Assembly: GCA_030059665.1 (NCBI GenBank)
Contig: JANVYR010000002.1
Coordinates: 192,001-256,000, forward strand
DNA from: Candidatus Calditenuis fumarioli
GTDB taxonomy: Archaea > Thermoproteota > Nitrososphaeria_A > Caldarchaeales > Calditenuaceae
Length of the DNA stretch: 64,000 bases
Direction of reading: 5' to 3'
Shown here: piece after piece, positions 1-9,512 of the stretch
How positions within the stretch are numbered: the stretch's first letter is position 1
How the letters are laid out: each line of letters opens with the position of its first letter
Position numbers and translations under genes: made by a program
The notes under the pieces: generated by a model
The model's input: only the letters and a program-made list of their open reading frames with translations
Told to the model about the DNA's origin: nothing
Database searches by the model: none

Positions 1-6
1 TGCTGG

Positions 7-1092
7 TCACGCAGATCGGTTGATCTGGTCCAGCAACCTCTTCAGCAGCTTGATCTCGTCGCTTATCTGGCCCAGCAGGTCCACGGCCTTGTTCGTCCGG
101 ACCTCCATCGCGTCGAGCAGCGCCTTCTCGACCCGCTGACCCCGCGACCTTATCCCCCTGATCGCGTCCAGCTGCTCCCTGAGCTGCGCTATCCCGGCCT
201 CGATCACCCTCAGGTAACCTTCCAGGTCGCCACCGGAACCAACGCCGAACTTCCGCAGCAACTCGTTGTAGAGGTACTCGTACTCCTCCTTCGAGATCTC
301 GCCCAGGTTAAGCCTGGTCCTGAGGAGCTCTATCTCCACCTCGACGAACGGTGGCAGCGTCACGGCCTCGTCCTGCTGGAAGTACTTGCCCAGGGCCTGA
401 ACGATCTCATCCAGGCGCTCCGTGACCTCGGCCTTCGTGGCCTCGAGTTGCTTCGGATCTAGGTCGCCGATGGTGGTCCGTAGGAAGTCCTCCTCCAACC
501 GCTCGCGGAGGTGCCTGAGACCGCTCAGCATCTCAGACCAGATGCCTCCCCCTCCACCCTCTATCTGATCGATCGTCGCCTCTATCTCCTGAAGCCCCCT
601 CACCACCTCGTTCACGAGCTTCTGGTCCTGCTCCTTTGATGAGGTTAGGTTCAGCAGCGAGGTCACCAGCTGAGACCTCCTCCTGATGAGCCCGCCGAGG
701 ATTATCGGGGACGGAGGAAGGTCGTTAAGGTTCACGGACTCGAGGCCGAGGGCGAGCTCGACAGCGGCCCTCCTGAGGCTTTCGTACTCGGTCTCGGTCA
801 TCCTCCCGGCGAGGAACCTGAAATCGATGGTCCTGATCAGCTGGATGAGCTTGGACCTCAGCGCCGGGTCGTTCGGGACGGACGCGATCGATATCAGTCC
901 CGTTGCCTGGAGGTTCAGAAGCCGCTCGATGACGCGCTCCTCAGTGGTTTGCAGGCTCGCGGCCAGATCGGACACGTTCACGCTGACCCTCCCCGACCTC
1001 CTCGGCAATTCGGCCAGGTAGCGCACCAGCGCCATGTCCTCGGCTGTGAGGTGCAACTCCCACGCACTTGGCTTGCCATGGTTATTAAGCAT
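7..1092 (-). CDS. Helical/coiled-coil protein with putative N-terminal winged-HTH and repeated SHOCT/CdvA-like motifs
   Basis: 361-aa ORF, host-like codon usage. N-terminal VSDLAASLQTTEERVIERLLNLQATGLI resembles a wHTH. Motifs FRFLAGRMTETEYESLR and LRTRLNLGEISKEEYEYL. Confidence 0.6.
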   Translation of the reverse strand: MLNNHGKPSAWELHLTAEDMALVRYLAELPRRSGRVSVNVSDLAASLQTTEERVIERLLNLQATGLISIASVPNDPALRSKLIQLIRTIDFRFLAGRMTETEYESLRRAAVELALGLESVNLNDLPPSPIILGGLIRRRSQLVTSLLNLTSSKEQDQKLVNEVVRGLQEIEATIDQIEGGGGGIWSEMLSGLRHLRERLEEDFLRTTIGDLDPKQLEATKAEVTERLDEIVQALGKYFQQDEAVTLPPFVEVEIELLRTRLNLGEISKEEYEYLYNELLRKFGVGSGGDLEGYLRVIEAGIAQLREQLDAIRGIRSRGQRVEKALLDAMEVRTNKAVDLLGQISDEIKLLKRLLDQINRSA

Positions 1093-1230
1093 TGAACCAA
1101 GGGAGACGGAGCGGGTTTTCCGGTCGCATCGAGCCGGCCATCGCCAACCCGCGTTGTTCTAAGCGGTTGACGCCCTTTGGAACGACTTATTAACAGGCTT
1201 TTGCCTCTTCTGAGTTCGAGGTAGGACGTT

Positions 1231-2049
1231 GTGATCATAACCGTGAACGAGCTGACCACGAGAAGGAGCGTGAAGCTAGAGGTCGAGCCGGGACACACCG
1301 TGCGTGTGGTGGTCGAGGAGGTTATGAAGGCCCTCAAGATACCGCCGACAACGACGTACCGGCTCGTGCTCGGCGGCAAGGAGATCGGCCCTGAGCTCTT
1401 CGACAAGACGCTCGGCGAGCTGGGCATCTCGGACGGCGCCATCATGGACCTGGTACCGAGGCCGGTGGGTGGAGCGATGCTGCCGCAGGACAAGCTGCTG
1501 AAGAGGCTCGAGCGGGAGGAGCAGGAGATGAGGCAGCAGGGGTACGAGTTCGTCCGGGAGGAGGTCTGGAGGCAGATGAGCTTCCCGATGGTTTACAGCG
1601 CCGGGCTCGAGACCCTCGACGTAGCGCTGAGGTACGTCGTCACCTTTCAGGCACGCGGTTTCGTGCTGACCAAGAAGGGCGTGGAGGAGCAGCTCACCCA
1701 CACCGCCAGCATCTACGTGCTCCGGTACTACCCATACCCCGATCCGAAGCACGGTGCGCCGATGAGGATCTTCTGGGAGAGCAACATCTTCCATCCGAAC
1801 ATCTGCCCCGGGCCCAGATACGGCGGAAACGGGCTCGTCTGCTGGAAGATGATCAGGGAGTGGGGGAAGAACTTCTCGCTGTCGACGCTGGTGAGGGGCC
1901 TCCAGCTTCTCGTTGAGAACCCGAACCCCGAGGACCCGCTCAGCAAGATCCCCATCTGCATGCAAGCGACCGCCTTCTTCAAGGAGAACCCGCACCTCAT
2001 GGGATCCATGCAGGCTCCTGCCGGGGGCAGGCCGCGCGTCGTCGAATAG
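1231..2049 (+). CDS. Ubiquitin-like protein (aa 1-81, ends RPVGG) fused to a ubiquitin-conjugating E2 (UBC) domain
   Basis: Beta-grasp-like N-terminus ending Gly80-Gly81. E2 hallmarks follow: KRLEREE helix, YYP..P, IFHPNI (188-190), GLVC204, LQLLVENPNPEDPL. GAGGT RBS upstream of the GTG start. Confidence 0.9.
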   Translation: MIITVNELTTRRSVKLEVEPGHTVRVVVEEVMKALKIPPTTTYRLVLGGKEIGPELFDKTLGELGISDGAIMDLVPRPVGGAMLPQDKLLKRLEREEQEMRQQGYEFVREEVWRQMSFPMVYSAGLETLDVALRYVVTFQARGFVLTKKGVEEQLTHTASIYVLRYYPYPDPKHGAPMRIFWESNIFHPNICPGPRYGGNGLVCWKMIREWGKNFSLSTLVRGLQLLVENPNPEDPLSKIPICMQATAFFKENPHLMGSMQAPAGGRPRVVE

Positions 2050-2059
2050 CACGCCGATC

Positions 2060-2530
2060 ATGTGCGCCGAAGAGAGGCCGGTTTACCCAGTTTACATCGA
2101 CCTAGAGGTTTTGCTGGACGTGACGAAGCACGCACTGGAGGAGCTGCCGCGTGAGGTGATTGGGTTTCTGCTGGGGAGGGCCTACACGTGGAACGGCGAG
2201 ACGTATGTCCACGTGACCGGTTCGATAAGAGGTCGGTCCATCGCCTCCGAGACCTCAGTCGCCTTCGCTCCCGATTCACTGGCCGAGGTGGCCGAGTCTC
2301 TCAGGCGAGATCATCCCGACAAGGAGATCGTCGGATGGTACCACTCGCACCCGGGATACGGATGCTTTCTGTCACCGACCGACATAACGTCGCACAAATC
2401 TTGCTTCGCGATGCCGCATCACGTCGCGCTGGTGGTGGATCCGGTGAGGAAGGAGGCAGCCTTCTTTCGCGTCTCGGAGGGATTCGGCTACGAGGGCGTG
2501 AGGTCGGCCATCGTGAGGAGGCGGGTGTGA
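2060..2530 (+). CDS. JAB/MPN+ (JAMM) metallo-isopeptidase, Rpn11-like
   Basis: REVIGFLLG glutamate plus IVGWYHSHPGYGCFLSPTD, close to the Rpn11 motif. ATG at 2060 lies inside track ORF 1913..2530. Confidence 0.92.
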   Translation: MCAEERPVYPVYIDLEVLLDVTKHALEELPREVIGFLLGRAYTWNGETYVHVTGSIRGRSIASETSVAFAPDSLAEVAESLRRDHPDKEIVGWYHSHPGYGCFLSPTDITSHKSCFAMPHHVALVVDPVRKEAAFFRVSEGFGYEGVRSAIVRRRV

Positions 2531-2531
2531 A

Positions 2532-2705
2532 ATGGTCAGGGTGTTGGACGTCACGGAGCCGCAGCCCGAGCAGAGGCCTCCCCCTGACATAACGGACGAG
2601 TACGAGGTGATATCGCGCGATGAGGAGGGAGACGGTTACGACATCTCGGAGATCGTGGACATGTTGAAAGGCATGGAAAGCGGCGAGGGGGACGCTCAGC
2701 CCTGA
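2532..2705 (+). CDS. Small acidic protein, 57 aa (not in ORF track)
   Basis: Hand translation MVRVLDVTEPQPEQRPPPDITDEYEVISRDEEGDGYDISEIVDMLKGMESGEGDAQP. Starts 1 nt after the JAB stop. Confidence 0.65.
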   Translation: MVRVLDVTEPQPEQRPPPDITDEYEVISRDEEGDGYDISEIVDMLKGMESGEGDAQP

Positions 2706-3430
2706 ATCCTCTCCAGAACCTCCCTTCTCAGCACCGCTTCGCTCTCCTCGATCGCCCTCATGACGCTCTGGACCCTCGAGGCCGGCTTGATGCCGCCCAG
2801 CGCGCGCTTTGATAACTCGATCTCCTGTTGCATCAGCAAAGCCACCTCCAGTATTATGTCCGAGAGGCCGGTCGAACCGCCCTCGTATTCCCTCATGAGG
2901 ATGGCTAGGTCGTCACCGACGTACGAGGAGAGCCAGATCCACCTGTCCAGACCCTCATAGGCTCTCCTGGCGTTCTGCAGGTCCTCGATCTCCAGCTGCG
3001 CTAGCCTCAGAAGGTGAAGCCCCTCCTCCTTCTTGCCCAGCTGGTGTAGTATGCCGGCGGCAGCTGCGAGCCTCAGCAGCAACTTCAGCGATGCGCCCGC
3101 CTCCACGACGTTCCTCGGCATCCTCTTGCTCAGGAGACGGTACGACATGTCGGCGGCGCTCAAGGTGAGCAGGAATTCCGCCGCCAGGCGATTCAGTTCC
3201 TCCAACACCTCCTCGTTTCCCGACTTTTCAGCCGCAACGCGGTTCAGCACCAGCGAGAGTGACGTCCTGAGCTGTTCCAGCCTCGAGACCTTCTCCAGCA
3301 GGCTGCCGAGCGACGCCTCACCGAGTAAGGGCGAATCGAAGACCTGAAGGACTACGGGGGGACGCAGGCTGTACTCCGCGACGCTCACGACCCTAGGGTT
3401 TTTCCCCCGCCTCCTGCCTCTCCTGACCAT
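2696..3430 (-). CDS. Hypothetical all-helical protein
   Basis: 244-aa ORF with host-like codons. AT-rich TATA-like stretch upstream at about 3450-3458. Confidence 0.6.
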   Translation of the reverse strand: MVRRGRRRGKNPRVVSVAEYSLRPPVVLQVFDSPLLGEASLGSLLEKVSRLEQLRTSLSLVLNRVAAEKSGNEEVLEELNRLAAEFLLTLSAADMSYRLLSKRMPRNVVEAGASLKLLLRLAAAAGILHQLGKKEEGLHLLRLAQLEIEDLQNARRAYEGLDRWIWLSSYVGDDLAILMREYEGGSTGLSDIILEVALLMQQEIELSKRALGGIKPASRVQSVMRAIEESEAVLRREVLERIQG

Positions 3431-3813
3431 TTGATTGCTTATTATGGTGATAATATATAGGTCTTTTCAAGGACGGGGTTTCCGGTCACGGAGTGGGTGT
3501 TGCTGGCGCTTTCGTCGTCCTCCTGTGACGGACCGCATCGAGCCTTTCCTGTTATCCTCCGGTGCATGCCGCTTTGGTCGAAACTCCGTTCCGCAGCGAT
3601 CACCGACCATCGCGAGGACTCCTATCAGACACCCGGGTTACGCTCGAAACGGCCGAAGCCATACCGGGCGAGGTGCGGCGTTCTGACAGCCTCTAACGCC
3701 ACTCCTTTCTCTCTACTGTTTGTATCACAGTAGAACTCAACGGGCCGGAGACTCCTCGCACGTCAGTTGGCCGGGCTCGGACGTCTCTAGTCCCGCTCGA
3801 TTAGCGTCCGGAA

Positions 3814-3825
3814 TTTCTTAAATAA
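3814..3825 (+). promoter_or_regulatory. Probable TATA box for the pilus ATPase operon
   Basis: TTTCTTAAATAA about 25-35 nt upstream of GTG 3851 in otherwise GC-rich DNA. Confidence 0.45.
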
Positions 3826-3850
3826 TGGATGGCATCAATCATCAAGCCCC

Positions 3851-5704
3851 GTGGCAACATTTAACAGTCAGCACATTTGTGTACCATCAATGGGTAAGGG
3901 CGATTCCTCCGATAAATCTAGGCGCATCGTTCCGATAAAATTCAAGCGCTGGGATGTGCCCCCGAACGTTGAGGTCTTCGACCGGTACAAGTCCGCGATG
4001 AGCGAGATCGTCATCGGCAGGGAACCCGGCTCACCGGTTCTGAAGTACTTCGTCCAGGACCCGCCGGTGAGCGAAAAGGAGCTCGAGCAGCTGGGCGAGC
4101 TGGCGGGTGAGCTGATCTACACCGCTCGCGGGCAGCAGGACTTCACCCGGGAGAAGTTCGAGGAAGTGCTGAAGAAGCGTAACTTGTACAACCCGATCCT
4201 GATGCACTACATCGAGAGGGAGCTTTGGGGATACGGCCCGCTCACCGCGGTAATGGCGGATCCTAAGATAGAGAACGTGGAGTGCAACAAGGCCGACTCA
4301 CCGGTGACCGTGACCCACACGGATTACGGGAGGATCGAGACCAACATGGCCTTCGCTGCGGACGAGCTCGACCGGCTGGTGATGCGGCTTGCCCATCTGG
4401 CGGGAAAGAGCGTGTCGGTGTTCAAGCCCTTCCTGGACGGCGTAACCATTCCCGGTGGTCACAGGTACACCTGCACCTACCGGACCGAGATATCGTCCAG
4501 CAGCACCTTCGCCATCAGGAAGTTCCCGGAGAAGCCCTGGACGATCGGAAAGCTGCTGTTGAACGAAACCATAACGCCGGAGATGGCTGCGTGGATCTGG
4601 CTGATGATCGAGACGAGGCAGGCGATACTCGTGGCAGGGGTGATGGGATCGGGCAAGACTTCGCTGATAAACGCCTTGGCCTCATTCACGCCTCCTCACA
4701 TGAAGATCGGGACCGCGGAGGACGTGCCGGAGTTCAGGCTGCCCCACACGTACTGGCTGAGGTACGTGATCAGGGAGGCGCAGACGATAGAGGGGACAGG
4801 GGCTGTGACGATCTTCGATTTGCTCAAGCTGCTCCTGAGGAGCAACGTGGACTACATCATGGTCAACGAGATCAGGGGAGAGGACGCCAAGGTCTGGATG
4901 CAGGCCGTTGCCACCGGACACGGAGGCGTCACGAGCATCCACGCGGAGGACCCGGACACGGTGTTCGCCAGGCTGGAACAGCTCGGCATACCGACCGCCC
5001 ACCTTTCGGCGCTGAGGGGAATAGCCTTCATTGGCTTCATCTTCCAGGACATCGGCAAGGGTTACTTCAAGCGGATCAGGAAGGTTAAGGAGTTCTTCGA
5101 GGTGAAGATCGACGAGTCCGGCAGGGAGGTCCGCAGGCTTTTCTGGTACGAGACAGGACCCAACGGAGGTCCCAGGTCGCTCAGCCTCGAGGAGCTGCTC
5201 GAGAGCAACTCCGCCCAGCTGATGATGCAGTACCTCGGCCTCTCGAAGGAGAGGCTGGCGGAGGAGTACAGGACGAGGGTCGACTTCCTCAGGTGGGTCG
5301 CTGGCATGTCACGGGCTAACCCGGAGGTGGCCGAGATGGATAGCATCAAGCAGCTGATGGCAAACTTCTACCTCGACAAGAACTTCTTCAGGTCGATACC
5401 GGTTCCAGCGCCGGCGAGGCCGAAGGAGCAGGAGAAGGCCGAGGTGCGGCCCGTCAAGCCTAAGGTGACCATACCGGTAGCCGTCAGGGAGGCGACGGCG
5501 AAGGAGCAGAAGGAGGGGGAGCAGAAGGAGGCGAAGGAGGTCGAGGCGAAGAGGCTCGGCGACGTGAGACTGGTGGGAATGGGCGACATGGTCCTGAGAC
5601 CGCCGCGCGTGGTGAAGAAGGGCAAGATGAAGTCTCAGGAGGAGAAAGAGAGGAAGGTGATGGGCGCACTGGCGTCCAAGCTCCGCAGGTCGGGTGAGGG
5701 GTGA
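3851..5704 (+). CDS. Type IV pilus/T2SS assembly ATPase (VirB11/TadA/FlaI family) with Lys/Glu-rich C-terminal tail
   Basis: Walker A GVMGSGKTS, Asp box EDVPE, Walker B YIMVNEIRG, His box TGHGGVTSIHAE. Alternative start ATG 3890. Confidence 0.93.
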   Translation: MATFNSQHICVPSMGKGDSSDKSRRIVPIKFKRWDVPPNVEVFDRYKSAMSEIVIGREPGSPVLKYFVQDPPVSEKELEQLGELAGELIYTARGQQDFTREKFEEVLKKRNLYNPILMHYIERELWGYGPLTAVMADPKIENVECNKADSPVTVTHTDYGRIETNMAFAADELDRLVMRLAHLAGKSVSVFKPFLDGVTIPGGHRYTCTYRTEISSSSTFAIRKFPEKPWTIGKLLLNETITPEMAAWIWLMIETRQAILVAGVMGSGKTSLINALASFTPPHMKIGTAEDVPEFRLPHTYWLRYVIREAQTIEGTGAVTIFDLLKLLLRSNVDYIMVNEIRGEDAKVWMQAVATGHGGVTSIHAEDPDTVFARLEQLGIPTAHLSALRGIAFIGFIFQDIGKGYFKRIRKVKEFFEVKIDESGREVRRLFWYETGPNGGPRSLSLEELLESNSAQLMMQYLGLSKERLAEEYRTRVDFLRWVAGMSRANPEVAEMDSIKQLMANFYLDKNFFRSIPVPAPARPKEQEKAEVRPVKPKVTIPVAVREATAKEQKEGEQKEAKEVEAKRLGDVRLVGMGDMVLRPPRVVKKGKMKSQEEKERKVMGALASKLRRSGEG

Positions 5705-7368
5705 TGGCGTCGATCACAGAAGCGCTGGAGCGCTCCCTGGCCAACTACATCTACCTGAGCGGGATACCCACCACGCCCCGCGATTACATCCGAAGGGTGT
5801 TCAATCTGCTCGTCGCTTCGGCCGTCGTGACCGCTGTGGTAACGTACCTCGCCCTGGCGGTGGCACGCGTTCCTGCCATGCTGATAGTGGGCGTCATGCC
5901 GTTGGCCTACTCCCTGTACCTCCTCTTCAGACCGATGGTCAAGGCCAGGTCGTTCGAGTCCCAGTGCATGCGCGAGCTGCCGTACGTTGCGGCGTTCATG
6001 ACGTCGTACGCCGCGGTCGGGATACCGCCCCACAGGTCAATGGCCTCCGTCTCCCTGAAGGAGCGGATATTCCCTGCGTTCGCGAGGCTGGTGAAGCGGA
6101 TGGAGGCGGTACGCATGATCACGGTGAAGGACCCCCTGGAGACGATAGAGGAGGAGGCGGACAAGATCAGCAGCCTGCCGCTGAAGGACTTCCTCCAGTC
6201 CGCGGTCGGAGCGGAGAGGGGAGGCGGCGGGATGTACAACGTATTGAAGGACAAGATGCGCAGCCTGTTCAACGAGCTGAAGGAGAGGTACAAGGCGCTC
6301 GGGGATCAGTTGAAGCTCTTCGGGGACCTGCTGCTGGTCTTCTTCGGCGTGCTGCCGCTGCTCCTCTACACGATGCTCACCGTCTTCGCGAGCGACATGG
6401 CCATCACGACCTCCAGGCTCTTCACGTTCATGGTGACGCCGTTGCTGGTGGTGACGCTGGCCGTGATGATAGACACCGGATATCCCTCTACGCCGCAGTC
6501 CTTTAACAGGTACTACGTCAGGGCGCTCATGCTGGGCCTTCCGATCGGCGCGGCTGTGGCCTCGGTCTTCTACCTCTCACCGGTCCTCGTTGAGACGCTG
6601 CTGGGCGCTAGGTTCGTCCAGTACAAGCTCGCCATCTCGCTGGGTGCGGGCCTGGTTGCGTTCTCGCTGGTCGCGACCTGGGTCTTTTACAGAGACTACA
6701 AGTTCATGAACGACGTGGACTACGCTCTCCCAAGCTTCGTGAGGGACCTGACCGAGGAGGTGAAGAAGGGGAAGAGCCCGACGCAGGCGACCATCTACCT
6801 CTCGGAGGTCCGAAGCTACAACAGAGCGTTCAACTTCGTCCTTCAGCAGATCGCCGCCCAGCTCAGGGTCGGGAGGAGCCTGAGGGAGGCCCTGGAGCCC
6901 TTCAGGGGGAAGGTCTCCTGGAGGTCCGAGCTGATACTGGACCTCGTGGCCGACGCGGAGGAGCTGGGAGCCCAGAAGGAGATCTTCGAGGAGGTGACCG
7001 AGATAAGCAGGGAGACGCGTGACGCGATCAGGGTCGCCAAGGCCAAGACGACCGGCATCAAGTACTTCGGGTTCATGGTGGCGCTGCTGATGATCTTCAT
7101 CGCCTCGCTACTGATCAAGCAGATCATCGTCCCGCTGGCGAACATGGCCGTAACCGTGCCCCAGAGCATCGGTCTCGGCAACATAAGGCTCCTCAGGCCC
7201 GAGCAGCTTCCGGAGCTGATCGACACCATCTCGGCCGGGATCGTCCTGAACGCGACGTTCCTCGGCGTGCTGACGGGGAAGATGAGCGACGGCATAACTG
7301 CGGCCGGGTTCCTCTACGCCTTCGTCTACACGCTGGCGGCGCTGGTGGCCATGGTGTTCCTCTTCTGA
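5701..7368 (+). CDS. Type IV pilus membrane platform protein (TadC/FlaJ/GspF family)
   Basis: Two T2SSF-like repeats (ELPYVAAFM...; LPSFVRDLTEEVKKG) with multiple TM helices. Overlaps the ATPase stop. Confidence 0.9.
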   Translation: MMASITEALERSLANYIYLSGIPTTPRDYIRRVFNLLVASAVVTAVVTYLALAVARVPAMLIVGVMPLAYSLYLLFRPMVKARSFESQCMRELPYVAAFMTSYAAVGIPPHRSMASVSLKERIFPAFARLVKRMEAVRMITVKDPLETIEEEADKISSLPLKDFLQSAVGAERGGGGMYNVLKDKMRSLFNELKERYKALGDQLKLFGDLLLVFFGVLPLLLYTMLTVFASDMAITTSRLFTFMVTPLLVVTLAVMIDTGYPSTPQSFNRYYVRALMLGLPIGAAVASVFYLSPVLVETLLGARFVQYKLAISLGAGLVAFSLVATWVFYRDYKFMNDVDYALPSFVRDLTEEVKKGKSPTQATIYLSEVRSYNRAFNFVLQQIAAQLRVGRSLREALEPFRGKVSWRSELILDLVADAEELGAQKEIFEEVTEISRETRDAIRVAKAKTTGIKYFGFMVALLMIFIASLLIKQIIVPLANMAVTVPQSIGLGNIRLLRPEQLPELIDTISAGIVLNATFLGVLTGKMSDGITAAGFLYAFVYTLAALVAMVFLF

Positions 7369-7374
7369 GGTGGG

Positions 7375-8931
7375 ATGATGAGGCGCTCCTCTTCGGGTCA
7401 GGTCCTGATCGGCTCCGCGACCGTGATGCTCGTGATACTGCTGGTGATGGCAGCATCGCTTCCGGTGATGAACACCAGCGTCGATCCATCGAGCGAGGTG
7501 TATAACGTTATGGAAGCCATCTCCCAGACCCTCGCAAAGCACTTCTTCCGAAAATTTGGAGCCCAACAGTGCGTTTTTCAAATGGCTTACGGTAAGGCTA
7601 AACCCTCTTACATAAAGTATGATGAAACAATTGAAAACGTCCTCAAGAAAACGTTAGAAAGTTATTATAAAATGCCAATAAAAGATTTTAAGGTTGACCT
7701 TCGCTATGTAGATTTCGAAATCAAGCTTCCGAAGTACGGCGGTCCAGCCATAATTAGCGGAGAAACAGGAAAAGTTGAGCAACAACCTCTTGGTGACATC
7801 TCAGCCAGCGTTTCCATAGAGGTCAGCGTGTCCTATAAAGTCGTTAAAACCACAAGGCAAGGTCCAACGGAAGTTTTTAAGAAGTTTATTTATAGAGAAT
7901 CCTTCGGAGTAAGAACCCAGACGATAGAACCGACATTGATATATAATCATGTCAAGGAATTCGTGCAAGCGATGCCTGGATGGGTACAATTTAGCATAGG
8001 CTTTATTCCTGTTGTGGGCGACGTTGTACAAATAGAGAATGCGAGAACATATTACAAGTATTATTGGTATTTCAATGCAGGCGCCCGAAAAGAAATTGTA
8101 CAGTACGATGGTAATGGCAACGAGGTCGCTAGGGTCTCGAAGGAATGGGGTTATATGAATTATGAAATAGACCCGAAATTCAACGAAAAGCTAGTCGTTT
8201 TGTTCTTCAATAGACCAGCCTATAAGGTCCAACTAAATAAAATTCCTCTTACAATTACTTATGGTCTAGTATATGTTGAATTGACCGAATACTATAACAT
8301 AGATTGGGTAGCCGTAGTACTGGGTCTGTTGGGTCTTATCTCAGTTGGTGATCTAGCTAAAGTGATTCGTATAGTCAAGTCGGATGCCCTAGACGATGAG
8401 GGGGCCGAAGAGACACTTAAGTTCTTCAAAATTCCCGAAGGAGGATTCTGGGATTGGAAATTTTTTAAGAAGGAGGAGCCACCATGGGCCGTAAAGAAGC
8501 CTAAGGAAACACAAGCAAGTAATATGCATAATGAGGGTGCGTTTACGTTTGGAAATGCTGACCGTTTTATGACACTTTCCGAGCAGGAGGGTTCCTGGGA
8601 AAAAATAATGCGTACCGTTAGGGAGTATGCGGAGAAAAAATTGACAGATCAAGAGTTTAAGGCTGCTGCCGATGAAATTAATAAGGCTGCAAGGGATCAG
8701 TTTCTTCAAGAAGCTGAAGATATAGATGCCACAGATTACCTTTACTCGAATGAACTCGGTCAGGGCCTCTTCCAGTCAACAGGTTCTAAGTGGTGGAAGT
8801 TCTTCGATCCTAACGAACAGGACCCATTCATGTACATTATTTATCCACGCAACGGTGGCGGCGTTTACCATATGTGCGTTTGGCTTGAAGGCTTCCATCC
8901 AAGAATCGAGTACGTAGAGGAGGGACAATAA
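7375..8931 (+). CDS. Large pilin-like protein (class III signal peptide) with an AT-rich variable body
   Basis: MMRRSSSG|QVLIGSATVMLVILLVMAA N-terminus. Codon usage becomes AT-rich after about 7500. Confidence 0.7.
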   Translation: MMRRSSSGQVLIGSATVMLVILLVMAASLPVMNTSVDPSSEVYNVMEAISQTLAKHFFRKFGAQQCVFQMAYGKAKPSYIKYDETIENVLKKTLESYYKMPIKDFKVDLRYVDFEIKLPKYGGPAIISGETGKVEQQPLGDISASVSIEVSVSYKVVKTTRQGPTEVFKKFIYRESFGVRTQTIEPTLIYNHVKEFVQAMPGWVQFSIGFIPVVGDVVQIENARTYYKYYWYFNAGARKEIVQYDGNGNEVARVSKEWGYMNYEIDPKFNEKLVVLFFNRPAYKVQLNKIPLTITYGLVYVELTEYYNIDWVAVVLGLLGLISVGDLAKVIRIVKSDALDDEGAEETLKFFKIPEGGFWDWKFFKKEEPPWAVKKPKETQASNMHNEGAFTFGNADRFMTLSEQEGSWEKIMRTVREYAEKKLTDQEFKAAADEINKAARDQFLQEAEDIDATDYLYSNELGQGLFQSTGSKWWKFFDPNEQDPFMYIIYPRNGGGVYHMCVWLEGFHPRIEYVEEGQ

Positions 8932-9512
8932 TGAGGGACAGCAATTACCCCTCTGCTCTCAGCGCCAAAACCTTAGCGAGGTCATCCGTGAAGAGCGTGG
9001 GACAGGCCTCCGTCACCTTCGTCGTCCTCGTGGTGCTGCTGGGACTGATAGGCACCGCCTTCTACATGGCAAACCAGTACATGGGGATCTTCGAGCCGTC
9101 GGTCTGGGACGCGGTCGAGGCGTTCAACAGGGCCGTCCAGAGGGTCTACGGTCTGCCCGAGAGGTCGGCCACCATATCGATCTACATTCCCTCCCACGCG
9201 TCGCTGAAAATATCCAGGTCGGGCTCAGGCGACGGCCTAGTCCTGGAAGCGACCGGCGCCTTCGGCGACAGGAGGTACCGGCTGATCGAGCAGGACGGAT
9301 GGGAGCTGATAAACGAGGGCTCCACCACGCTCTCCACCGACGGCCGGCTCAGGGTCGTCTACGGATCGCAGGATAGGCCCCTGAGGCTGGGCTCGGTCGA
9401 TCTCACCCTCGGCCCCGGAAGGCACACGCTCGTGATCAGGAACCTGAACGGCGTCACCGTGGCTGTCCAGCCCGTTCCCCACGGGATCCCCACGGAGGTG
9501 ATGAGCAGGTGA
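8931..9512 (+). CDS. Minor pilin-like protein (class III signal peptide)
   Basis: KSVG|QASVTFVVLVVLLGLIG. Coupled to the upstream stop; the true start may be the internal GTG (MKSVGQ). Confidence 0.75.
   Translation: MRDSNYPSALSAKTLARSSVKSVGQASVTFVVLVVLLGLIGTAFYMANQYMGIFEPSVWDAVEAFNRAVQRVYGLPERSATISIYIPSHASLKISRSGSGDGLVLEATGAFGDRRYRLIEQDGWELINEGSTTLSTDGRLRVVYGSQDRPLRLGSVDLTLGPGRHTLVIRNLNGVTVAVQPVPHGIPTEVMSR

Noticed and set aside
3851-7368. Archaellum (FlaI/FlaJ) assignment
   Set aside because: No FlaH, FlaF/G or archaellin-like genes. Several short pilins point to a non-motility pilus.
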